Shown: positions 1 to 8,022 of the stretch, piece by piece
Layout: the number at the start of each line of letters is the position of its first letter
Position numbering within the stretch: position 1 is the stretch's first letter
NCBI GenBank assembly: GCA_965207615.1
Contig: CBDBMZ010000003.1
Location: 6,463,972-6,527,971, forward strand
Reading direction: 5' to 3'
Length of the DNA stretch: 64,000 nt
Origin: Vicinamibacterales bacterium
Lineage (GTDB): Bacteria > Acidobacteriota > Vicinamibacteria > Vicinamibacterales > UBA8438
Made by a program: the position numbers and the translations under genes
Notes under the pieces: model-generated
What the model was told of the DNA's origin: nothing
Databases searched by the model: none
What the model saw: only the letters and a program-made list of their open reading frames with translations

Positions 1-1
1 C

Positions 2-1951
2 ACCGCTACCGACAATGCCTCCTTCCGCCTCACCTGGCAGGCGGGCGAGAGCCACAAGGTCACCAGCTACCGGGATCAATTCTGGCGTTACCAATCGCAC
101 ATGCGGGGCACGGCGACGACCGACTGGTCGACGGTGCCGGAGAGATACTTGCGCGGCACTCAGTACGTGTGGCCCACGAAGTGGACCCACACCGCAACCA
201 ACCGGCTTCTGCTCGAGGCCGGTTTTCAGCACTGGCAGTACCAGAACAGATTCTTCATTCCACAGGTGGGCACGCATTTCGAAGCTCCCGAGACGTGGGC
301 GGGGCCGCCCGAGACGCAGACCACGCCGTGGTACGCGAACGCCGGCCAAGTCCATCTTCCCGGGAACTACGTGACGAAGGCGTCAGACCGCGGCTACTGC
401 TGCCGGGACTCGAGACAGCCGGCCTACGTCTACCTGGCCACCGTGGCGTACGTGACCGGTTCGCACAGTTTCAAGGCGGGCCTTACGGGTCGCTGGGGAC
501 ACGAGCAATCGTCACACGAGGCGCACAACGGTTCGCTCGTACAATGGTACCTCGATGGCAACCCTTTCCGGGTGCTGGTTTCGCCCAACCCCTCCGAGAT
601 CAGGACGGAGGTCAACCGCGACCTTGGGATCTACGTGCAGGATCAGTTGACGCTCGACCGCTTCACGTTCAACGCCGGCGTCCGCGTGGAGCATTTCAAG
701 GGCGGCATCGGAGAGAGCTCGTCGCCACGCGGCCGCTTCGTGCCAGCGCGCCGGGCCCAGGGGGCCGAAGTACTCGACTTCACTGACGTGTTGCCCCGCT
801 TCAGCGTTGTCTGGGACCTGTTCGGTAACGCGCGCACGGCGCTCAAGTTCAGCGCCGGACGCTATGTGGGAGCGCTGGGGGTCTTTGCGCTGCGGCCCTA
901 CAGCCCTGTCCGGCGAAGCGGCGAATACCGCAGCTGGTTCGACCGCGACCTCGACGGCCGTGACCTCCCGACGAATGGGGACGACATCGCGCAGGACAAC
1001 GAGATTGTACCCAGCAGCGACCCGCAGTTCGGGGTGCGCGCCGCACGCCGGCCCGATCCGAACCTTCAACGCGAGGACAGTTGGGACTTCTCGTTCGGCG
1101 TGCAGCGGGAGCTGGCGGCCGGCGTATCGCTCAACGTCGCCCACTATCACTCCACCGAGGGGAGGCTGTGGGCGTTGCGCGACATTGGAGTGTCGCCGGA
1201 CGACTACCGGCGGTTCGACATCGCCAATCCGCTGGACCCGAGCGAGAGGATTCCAGTCTACGATCTCATACCCGGCAGGGAGATCGGAGACGTGGTCGAG
1301 CGGTCGTCGGACCTCAACAAGCGCAGCTATCACGGGGTCGAGGTCAGCGTGCAGGCTCGGCTTGCGGGGGGCGGCACAATCGTCGCCGGCTGGTACGCCG
1401 ACCGGCAACTGGCCACCGACTGTGACACGCACGAACCGAACCGCTTCCGCTTCTGCGACGAGACGGGAGAGCTGTTCCAGGAACACGGCGTCGTGGACCC
1501 GATCGCCTTCCGGCACGAGTTCAAGCTCGCCGCCTCCCGCGAGCTGCCGGGTGGGCTCGAGGGCGCGGTCTCGTTCATCAGCTATCCGGGCGCCGGCAGC
1601 CGGCCGGCGGCCCCTTTTCCGCCGACGGACAATACCGACCCGCGGTGGAGGGACGTGGTGTACCCCGTGCCGCACCGCCTGTTTCCCGATGGAAGGCCTA
1701 CCGTGCCGATCGACGACGTCCTCCTGCTCGCTCCCGGTGCGCAGTATCTCGACCGCTGGAACCAGATCGACCTGAGCATCAAGCGGCGTTTCAGCGTCGG
1801 CGGCGTGGAGTTCCTGCCGGCGCTCGACCTCTTCAATGTCGGCAACTCCAGCCCGGTGCTGGCCGAGATCGAGACGTACGGCGCCGCCGGCAAGCCGCTG
1901 GCGATTCTCGGCGGCCGAATGCTGCGTCTCGGCGTGCTTGTGTTGTTCTAG
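2..1951 (+). CDS. TonB-dependent receptor, C-terminal beta-barrel part (5' end outside window)
   Basis: The frame is open from nt 2 (TATDNASFRLTWQ...) into the listed 101..1951 ORF. It has barrel-like strands (SHSFKAGLTGRWG, FTFNAGVRVEHF, LKFSAGRYV) and ends ...LRLGVLVLF with a terminal Phe, as in TonB-dependent receptors. Confidence 0.8.
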   Translation, partial: TATDNASFRLTWQAGESHKVTSYRDQFWRYQSHMRGTATTDWSTVPERYLRGTQYVWPTKWTHTATNRLLLEAGFQHWQYQNRFFIPQVGTHFEAPETWAGPPETQTTPWYANAGQVHLPGNYVTKASDRGYCCRDSRQPAYVYLATVAYVTGSHSFKAGLTGRWGHEQSSHEAHNGSLVQWYLDGNPFRVLVSPNPSEIRTEVNRDLGIYVQDQLTLDRFTFNAGVRVEHFKGGIGESSSPRGRFVPARRAQGAEVLDFTDVLPRFSVVWDLFGNARTALKFSAGRYVGALGVFALRPYSPVRRSGEYRSWFDRDLDGRDLPTNGDDIAQDNEIVPSSDPQFGVRAARRPDPNLQREDSWDFSFGVQRELAAGVSLNVAHYHSTEGRLWALRDIGVSPDDYRRFDIANPLDPSERIPVYDLIPGREIGDVVERSSDLNKRSYHGVEVSVQARLAGGGTIVAGWYADRQLATDCDTHEPNRFRFCDETGELFQEHGVVDPIAFRHEFKLAASRELPGGLEGAVSFISYPGAGSRPAAPFPPTDNTDPRWRDVVYPVPHRLFPDGRPTVPIDDVLLLAPGAQYLDRWNQIDLSIKRRFSVGGVEFLPALDLFNVGNSSPVLAEIETYGAAGKPLAILGGRMLRLGVLVLF

Positions 1952-2571
1952 TGGACCGTCGTATATAAACGTTTTTCGGTCGGCTGTCGTCTTCTACATA
2001 TATGTCGTTTGAAGGACAGCCGATTCACCTGACCAACGCACAGCGCGATGACCTCCAGGAGATCGCCCGCTCGAGCGCCTTGCCCGCCAGATTCGTCCAG
2101 GGCGCCAGGATCGCGCTGCTTCTCGCCGACGTCGTTTCCGCACGGGCGGTGGAGACGAAGCTCGACGTGTCGCGACCGACCATCGCGAAGTGGCGCCGCC
2201 GGTTCTTGGAGCACGGCGTGGAGGGTTTGACCAACCGCCACCGCGGCCGGCGGCCGTGGAAGTTGACCGCGCGGCTGCGCGCCCGCCACAAGACGAAGCT
2301 GGTGGAGGCGTTCCTGGACGAGCATCCGAACGTGACGCTGCACTTCACGCCGACGTATTCGTCGTGGCTGAATCAGGTCGAGCTGTCGGTTCTCGAAGGT
2401 TCAACGGGACGTGCTGTCGCGGGGCGTCTTCACGTCGACGGCGGACTCGGCGCGGAAGCTGCGGCGGTACATCGACGCCTACTCGAAGCGTGCGAGGCCC
2501 TTCCGCTGGAAGTATGCCAACCCCGCGAAGCGCATCACTCATGGGGAGCTTTCTTCAGCGACAGTCCACTA
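1949..2571 (+). mobile_element. IS630-family internal-deletion derivative (MITE-like) bounded by terminal inverted repeats and TA
   Basis: Left end is TA|GTGGACCGTCG (1949-1961). Right end is CGACAGTCCAC|TA (2559-2571). These form an 11-bp inverted repeat with 1 mismatch, flanked by TA on both sides, as expected for IS630/Tc1-mariner target duplication. The interior holds only a gutted transposase. Confidence 0.7.
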
Positions 2572-2572
2572 G
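2002..2572 (+). pseudogene. IS630-family transposase remnant (HTH N-terminus fused to extreme C-terminus, DDE core deleted, frameshifted)
   Basis: The N-terminus (LTNAQRDDLQEIARS...SRPTIAKWRRRFLEHGVEGL) runs directly into HFTPTYSSWLNQVE. After about nt 2390 a second frame reads FSKVQRDVLSRGVFTSTADSARKLRRYIDAYSKRARPFRWKYANPAKRI...*. Compare the full-length paralogue at about 14.9-15.9 kb. Confidence 0.75.
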
Positions 2573-2829
2573 TTCGACTCTCCCCGAAGGTGACAGCCAC
2601 ATGGAAATCGGGCCTGACGAGCTGGACGATCCGCAGTGCCGGAAGCTGCTCGGGGCGCAGGGCATCCTCGAGGAGCGGTTCGCTCGCGGTGTCGCGACGC
2701 TCCGGGACCGGCTAGCCGTGGTCGCGCTGCATGAGCTTCCCGACGAAAGCGACGAGGCGCCGGTACGGACGGCGGGCCCCCGGGGGCCGCTCCGTGGCGG
2801 CTGCCGGCGAAGCCGGCGCCCCGTCCCGG

Positions 2830-3435
2830 TCACGGATCGGGCATGGCGGCGAGCAGGCGCACCAGCGCCCGCCCCACCGCTTTGCGGGCCGCATCGGGGC
2901 TGAGCAGGCGTTCCGTGAACGCGAGCTGGCGGTAGCTGTAGCCGAGCTCGGCGCGGCCGACGATGAGCCGCCGGTCGCGGGCGTTCAGCCGCTTCAGACC
3001 CTGCAGGTACCGTTCCCAGGCCTCGTCGTCGACGACCTGCCTGAACTGCGCCGTGGCCTCGTCGGTGATCCGGACCGGGTCGTCCGGCACGACGGCGCTC
3101 AGGCGAAACGCGGCCCGACGCATCTCGTCGCGGATGCGGTTGACGACCGCCCGCCGCAGGTAGGCCCGCAACGCGCCGGCGTGCTCGGGCTCGAACTCGG
3201 GGAGGCGCGAGAACGTGTGATGCAGCGAGTCCTGCACGAGATCGCTGGTGTCGACGGCGCCGCGCACCCACCGCGGCAGGCGGCCGTGCGTCCATCGCCG
3301 GAGCCAGGACGAGTAGCGCGTGAACAGGGCGCCGACGGCCGACGGGCTGCCCTCGCGCGCGCGCTCCAGGAGATGCCACTCGGACGTGGAGGTACCGGGC
3401 GGCGTTTCGACGGGTGCTCTAGAGGGCCTAGGCAT
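2830..3435 (-). CDS. ECF-type RNA polymerase sigma-70 family factor
   Basis: Region 2-like DLVQDSLHHTF and YLRRAVVNRIRDEMRR; region 4-like NARDRRLIVGRAELGYSYRQLA. ATG at 3435 chosen (MPRPS...). The listed ORF extends to 3492. Confidence 0.8.
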   Translation of the reverse strand: MPRPSRAPVETPPGTSTSEWHLLERAREGSPSAVGALFTRYSSWLRRWTHGRLPRWVRGAVDTSDLVQDSLHHTFSRLPEFEPEHAGALRAYLRRAVVNRIRDEMRRAAFRLSAVVPDDPVRITDEATAQFRQVVDDEAWERYLQGLKRLNARDRRLIVGRAELGYSYRQLAFTERLLSPDAARKAVGRALVRLLAAMPDP

Positions 3436-3619
3436 GCGTACCGGGGATCGTACACGCGGCGACCGATTCCGTGTCCGGTGTTGGGTTCTCATGCGTTATC
3501 CGTCGTGATGTTGGGGGAGCTGCCGGCGGATCGGCCTCGCGCAGGCCGTTCGGACTGGTGGCGAACGCGCCGCGGCCTCCGAGCCGGCGGCGGTCAGCGA
3601 GCTCGGAGGAAACCTGGAC

Positions 3620-5374
3620 ATGGCATCCAACGTTGGCTCGGCTCGTCGGGATATGCGCTACGAGCCCGACGAGAGGCCCCCCAACCTGCTGTCCCTCGGA
3701 CTCGGGCTGCAACACGCGATGATCGTCGTCCCCGGCATCGTGCTGAGTCCCGCGCTCCTGATCGAGTCCGCGGGCGGCAGCGAGGCGTACGTGATGTGGG
3801 CGGTGTGCACTGCGCTGGTGATCTCCGGCGTCACCACCGCGGTTCAGGCCGTGCCCGTCGGGCGCATCGGCGCCGGCTACGTGATGATGATGGGCACCAG
3901 CAGCGCCTTCCTCGCCATCAGCGTGTCGGCGCTGGAGCAGGGCGGGCCCGGGCTGCTGGCCACCCTGATCATCGTTTCGTCCCTGTTCCAGTTCGCCCTC
4001 GCGGCCAGGCTGTCGGCGCTGCGGCGGATCTTCACGCCCACGGTCGCCGGCACCGTCCTGATGCTGATTCCGGTGACCCTGTCTCCGATCTTGCTGCGAA
4101 GGCTCGGCGACGTGCCGGAGGCGGCCTCGCCCGCCGCGGCGCCGGTCACCTTCAGCCTGACGCTGCTCGTCGTCGTCGTGACCGCGTTCCGCGGCTCCGG
4201 AATGTGGCGCCTGTGGGGGCCGGTCCTCGGGGTGGTCGCGGGCAGCTTGGTCGGGGGGCTCGCATTCGGCATCTACGATGCGTCGGGCGTCCGCGAGGCG
4301 AGCTGGATTGGCGTGCCGCCGCTCGTCTACCCCGGGCTCGATCTCGGCTTCGGACCCGAGTTCTGGGCCCTGCTGCCGGCGTTCGTGCTGGTGACGCTGG
4401 TGGGCGCGATGGACACCCTCGGCGACGGCGTCGCCACCCAGCGGGTGGCGTGGCGCCGGCCGCGCGCCATCGACTTCCGGTCGATCCAGGGGGCGCTGTC
4501 GGCCGACGGCCTCGGCAACCTGCTGTCGGGTCTTGCCGGCACGCTTCCCAACACGACGTACGCCTCGGGCATCTCCGTCGTGGAGCTGACCGGGGTGGCC
4601 GCCCGTTCGGTCGGCGTCGCGATCGGGCTCATCTTCGTCGTCGTCGCGTTCCTGCCGAAAGCCCTGGCGGCGGTCATCGCGATTCCCGGCCCGGTGGTCG
4701 CCGGCTACTTCGTTCTCCTGTTGGCCAAGCTCTTCACCTTCGGCCTCGAGATCCTCCAGCAAGAGGGCCTCGACTACCGGAAGAGCCTGGCCGTGGGTCT
4801 CGCGTTCTGGCTCGGCCTCGCGTTTCAGCTCGACTGGATCTTCCCCGAGTACTTCCAGGGGCCGTGGAGCGAGATGCTCGGCAACGGCATGACGGTGGGC
4901 GGCCTGATCGTGGTCGGGCTGACGCTGTTCGAGGAGCTGACGGGTCGGCGCCGCCGGCGGCTGCGGGTGACGTTGGGCGAAGACGCCTATCCGAAGACGG
5001 ACGCGTTCCTGGCGAAGCTCGGCGCCGCGAGGCGGTGGAACGAAGTAATGACCGAGCGGGTCCGAGCTGTCGGCGAAGAGACGCTCCTGCTGCTGATGCG
5101 GAGGGAGGACGAGCGTCCGGCGGCGGACAAGAGGCGTCTGCTGCTGATCGCGGGCGGCGAGGGCGATACGGCGGTGCTGGAGTTCATCGCGGCGACCGAC
5201 GAGGCGAACCTCGAAGATCGGTTGGCGGTGCTGAGCGAGCAGGTGGCGGGCGCACGGATGGAGCAGGAGGTGTCGCTGCGGCTGCTGCGGCACTATGCCT
5301 CGTCGGTGCGACACAACCAGTACCACGACACCGACGTGGTCACGGTTCACGTGGATCCGGCCGGCGCCCGGTGA
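3620..5374 (+). CDS. NCS2 (xanthine/uracil permease) family transporter with ~130-aa C-terminal cytoplasmic extension
   Basis: LGLGLQHAMIVVPGIV and AIPGPVVAGYFVLLLAKLFTFGLEI are NCS2-type motifs, and there are many TM helices. The soluble tail starts after the RRRRRLRV motif. Confidence 0.75.
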   Translation: MASNVGSARRDMRYEPDERPPNLLSLGLGLQHAMIVVPGIVLSPALLIESAGGSEAYVMWAVCTALVISGVTTAVQAVPVGRIGAGYVMMMGTSSAFLAISVSALEQGGPGLLATLIIVSSLFQFALAARLSALRRIFTPTVAGTVLMLIPVTLSPILLRRLGDVPEAASPAAAPVTFSLTLLVVVVTAFRGSGMWRLWGPVLGVVAGSLVGGLAFGIYDASGVREASWIGVPPLVYPGLDLGFGPEFWALLPAFVLVTLVGAMDTLGDGVATQRVAWRRPRAIDFRSIQGALSADGLGNLLSGLAGTLPNTTYASGISVVELTGVAARSVGVAIGLIFVVVAFLPKALAAVIAIPGPVVAGYFVLLLAKLFTFGLEILQQEGLDYRKSLAVGLAFWLGLAFQLDWIFPEYFQGPWSEMLGNGMTVGGLIVVGLTLFEELTGRRRRRLRVTLGEDAYPKTDAFLAKLGAARRWNEVMTERVRAVGEETLLLLMRREDERPAADKRRLLLIAGGEGDTAVLEFIAATDEANLEDRLAVLSEQVAGARMEQEVSLRLLRHYASSVRHNQYHDTDVVTVHVDPAGAR

Positions 5375-5395
5375 GTCGACCGGCTTTCGAGCCCG

Positions 5396-5606
5396 GCGAC
5401 GGTGACGCGAGCTCGGCGCGGCCGACGAGCAGCCGCCGGTTGCGCGCGTTCAGCCGCTTCAGACCCTGCAGGTAGCGTCCCCGGGCCTCGTCGTCGACGA
5501 GCCGCCTGAACTGCGCCGTGGCCTCGTCGCTGAGCCGGACCGGTTGGTCCGGCGCGACGGCGCTCAGGCGAAACGCCGCCCGACGCATCTCGTCGCGGAT
5601 GCGGCA
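5396..5606 (-). pseudogene. Truncated duplicate of the ECF sigma gene 3' part
   Basis: MRRAAFRLSAVAPDQPVRLSDEATAQFRRLVDDEARGRYLQGLKRLNARNRRLLVGRAEL parallels residues of the 2830..3435 product. The DNA is alignable by eye to 2945-3135, then jumps to a copy of 3464-3570 at 5606-5710. Confidence 0.7.
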
Positions 5607-5902
5607 GATTCCGTGTCCGGTTTTGGGTTCTCATGCGTTTATCCGTAGTGAGGTCGGGCGAGTTGCCGGCGGATCGCCGTCGCGCAGGCCGTCCGGATTC
5701 TGGTCGCCGGGGGGCTTCTCGTACCGCAATGCCCTCGACAAGGAGCGTACCGATGCTCAGGCCGGCCGTCACCCGCGGGGAGCGTCACCGACGGGGGTGC
5801 CTGAACGGCGCGGAGGCAGAGCTTCTTCGAACGGCCACCGCACCACCGCCGGCGCGTGCAGGTGCCCGGAGTCGTCGAGGTGGAGAGCCGGTCCTTTCGG
5901 GT

Positions 5903-6298
5903 ATGCGCGGAGGCGGCGGGACGAGGGGAATCGCGCTCACTGCGCTGGCGGCGGCGACGATCGCTCCGGCCGATTCGGCAGCGGCCCAGACCGTGCACTG
6001 GTCCGCCGTTGCGAGTTCTTCGGCTACTGGCGCAGCGTCTTCGGCAGTCTCCGGGGTCCTCGCGAGTTTCGAGTACGACGGCGCGCCCTACACCGCCCGT
6101 CTGTTTTACATCACGAATGAGCCCCGCTCCCTGCTGGTCGGGCTCGAGAAGCGGGGGAGAATCTCTGTCAAGACTGGGCTGGTCGGGAACCGTGGCGTGA
6201 GGTGTTCCATAACGCCCGCCTCTACGCGCCCCCGCGGACCGGCGCTCAGCCGCGGACGGCGGGGTGGGAACCCAGTCTGTTACAGGTGCCCGGGATGA
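5903..6298 (+). CDS. Hypothetical secreted protein (weak call)
   Basis: Internal ATG of the 5633..6298 ORF gives a signal-like start, MRGGGGTRGIALTALAAATIAPADSAAAQ. No recognisable domain. The C-terminal part looks compositionally odd. Confidence 0.3.
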   Translation: MRGGGGTRGIALTALAAATIAPADSAAAQTVHWSAVASSSATGAASSAVSGVLASFEYDGAPYTARLFYITNEPRSLLVGLEKRGRISVKTGLVGNRGVRCSITPASTRPRGPALSRGRRGGNPVCYRCPG

Positions 6299-6825
6299 AG
6301 CTTGCGAGGTCCCTCCTCGTTGGGGTGTCAACGCTGGCCGTGTTCGTGTCGGTGCCCGTGGCGGTCGCCGCGACCACCGGGACCGGCGTGCAGCCGGAGA
6401 CAGCGGCAACCGCTGCTGGCGCACGGGCCCCGGCGGTAGTCGAAGCGTCACCGGGTCCCGACCGACCCGCGCGGCGACTGATTCAGCAAGGGCCTCGCAA
6501 CGACGTCGTCGCTCGGGCCTTCGCCGACCAGAAGTCCATGACCCGCCACGCCTCAGGCCTCGTCCATCGACGCAGAGACGGCCGGCCGCGGGTGTCGTCG
6601 AGCATGGCGCCGTACACCGCCGCCAGGATGCGCTCGAAACGCGTCTTGGTCCTCCATGAAGATGCTGCCCTCGTCAGGAAAGAGGCCAACGCATGCCGGA
6701 ACACTCGGGAATTGACAAACAGCGCAACCCGATGTACTAACGCGGTGACAGTCGACGAGGTCCAACCCCGGTCAGGCCGCTACGCTTGCTCCGGGCTCGC
6801 TTGCCCGAGGCCGGAGGAGCGATGA
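6295..6825 (+). CDS. Hypothetical; N-terminus is a truncated paralogue of the downstream PG-binding protein
   Basis: MKLARSLLVGVSTLAVFVSVPVAVA signal, then VVEASPGPDRPARRLIQQGPRN, which matches AVEASLGLDRSARRLIQHGLRN of 6822..7538. Similarity ends near nt 6500, before the PG-binding motif. Confidence 0.4.
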   Translation: MKLARSLLVGVSTLAVFVSVPVAVAATTGTGVQPETAATAAGARAPAVVEASPGPDRPARRLIQQGPRNDVVARAFADQKSMTRHASGLVHRRRDGRPRVSSSMAPYTAARMRSKRVLVLHEDAALVRKEANACRNTRELTNSATRCTNAVTVDEVQPRSGRYACSGLACPRPEER

Positions 6826-7538
6826 AGACCTCCACCACGAGGATTCCGGCGGAACCCACGACTGTTGGAAATGTCCGGATGAAGCTCGTAAGCCTCCTCA
6901 TCGTTGCCGTGCCGACGGTCGTGGTTCCGTCGGCGCCGGTGCCGTTCTCCGCGACCAACGCCACCGCAGCGCGACCGCAGCACGAGACGGCTGCAACCGC
7001 TACCGCGCAGGACCCGGTGGCGGTCGAGGCGTCGCTGGGTCTGGACCGATCCGCGCGACGGCTGATCCAGCACGGGCTTCGGAACGAAGGCTTCGACCCG
7101 GGCACGCCGGACGGCCTGTTCGGTCCTCGCACCCGGGCGGCGATTCGGCGCTGGCAGGACGCTCGCGGGACGCCGTCGACGGGCTACCTGGACGACGCCA
7201 CCGCCCGGCTCCTGCGCGCGGCCGCCGCGCCGCCCAGCCCTTCGTCGCCGACAGCCGTTTCCGGGGCCAACGCCACCGCCGAGTCTTCCGCGGCCGCGCC
7301 GCAGCCTCCCTCCTCGGTGGCGACCGCCGCTCCCCTTGCAGCTGAAGTCGCCGCCGAGCCCCATCGGGCAACGAGTCCCGCCGCAGGGCGGCAGCCACCC
7401 GCTCAGGTGGCGGCCACCTCTCAACTACCGCCCGAGATCGGTGCGGTTGGCGGACCCAGCCCCCCGGCCCGGCAGCTAACAGAGAACCGCCTTGTTGGAC
7501 CCACCCCCCCCAGGCGGACGCACCCGTCCTCATCGTGA
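6822..7538 (+). CDS. Secreted peptidoglycan-binding (PG_binding_1-like) domain protein with Ala/Pro/Ser-rich tail
   Basis: LIQHGLRNEGFDPGTPDGLFGPRTRAAIRRWQDARG is the classic PG-binding repeat. GGAGGA lies 4 nt before the ATG at 6822. An alternative start at 6879 (MKLVSLLIVAV) matches the paralogue's start. Confidence 0.7.
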   Translation: MKTSTTRIPAEPTTVGNVRMKLVSLLIVAVPTVVVPSAPVPFSATNATAARPQHETAATATAQDPVAVEASLGLDRSARRLIQHGLRNEGFDPGTPDGLFGPRTRAAIRRWQDARGTPSTGYLDDATARLLRAAAAPPSPSSPTAVSGANATAESSAAAPQPPSSVATAAPLAAEVAAEPHRATSPAAGRQPPAQVAATSQLPPEIGAVGGPSPPARQLTENRLVGPTPPRRTHPSSS

Positions 7539-7682
7539 CTTTTTGCAGGATGGGTGCATGTACAACTTCGGCCCGCGTGGCACCGTTCCCCGACCGATAC
7601 TCCTGGAGCACCCGTGTCCGGGCCTTCACACATCGCGGCCACCCCACGTTGACCTTAGCATCACAGTCTGAGGGATCATCAA

Positions 7683-8012
7683 ATGCAACTGAACTCCTCG
7701 GTAGAAGTGTTTCTTGTCGGCACGTTTGGCGGCGTACTACTCGAACTCCTTCACTGGTATAAACTACGCCGTGGTGAGCGTTGGCCGCACTACATCAGTT
7801 CTCCTCGCTACTGGTTTCTTTCTTTGGCCATGGCTCTCGTCGGCGGCGTTGTTGCAGGGCTTTACTTTGGGGCTCGCGCGGACGCTCACCTGGTGTTACA
7901 CACCGGACTCTCCACGCCGCTCATCCTGGAGAAGGCCACCTCAACCCTGGCGCTTCAACCCGGAGTCAAAGGCCGCGGTAGCCGGGAATGGATTCGTTTC
8001 CTCGATTGGTAG
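7683..8012 (+). CDS. Small multi-pass membrane protein (109 aa), first gene of the caspase-like cassette
   Basis: GAGGGA (7670-7675) lies 7 nt upstream of the ATG. Hydrophobic helices: VEVFLVGTFGGVLLELLHWY and YWFLSLAMALVGGVVAGLYFG. G+C is lower than the flanks by eye. Confidence 0.65.
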   Translation: MQLNSSVEVFLVGTFGGVLLELLHWYKLRRGERWPHYISSPRYWFLSLAMALVGGVVAGLYFGARADAHLVLHTGLSTPLILEKATSTLALQPGVKGRGSREWIRFLDW

Positions 8013-8022
8013 AGCTTCCCTC

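Noticed and set aside
2731-5475. 914-aa plus-strand and 640-aa minus-strand (3428..5350) ORFs overlapping the sigma and permease genes
   Set aside because: Both have shadow-frame composition (R/G/P/A rich), while the sigma factor and the NCS2 permease explain the region.
7714-8022. Upstream start (7714) for the caspase-like ORF
   Set aside because: That stretch overlaps the well-formed 109-aa membrane-protein gene in another frame and translates to junk-like sequence. The first plausible start after the upstream stop is the ATG at 8023.
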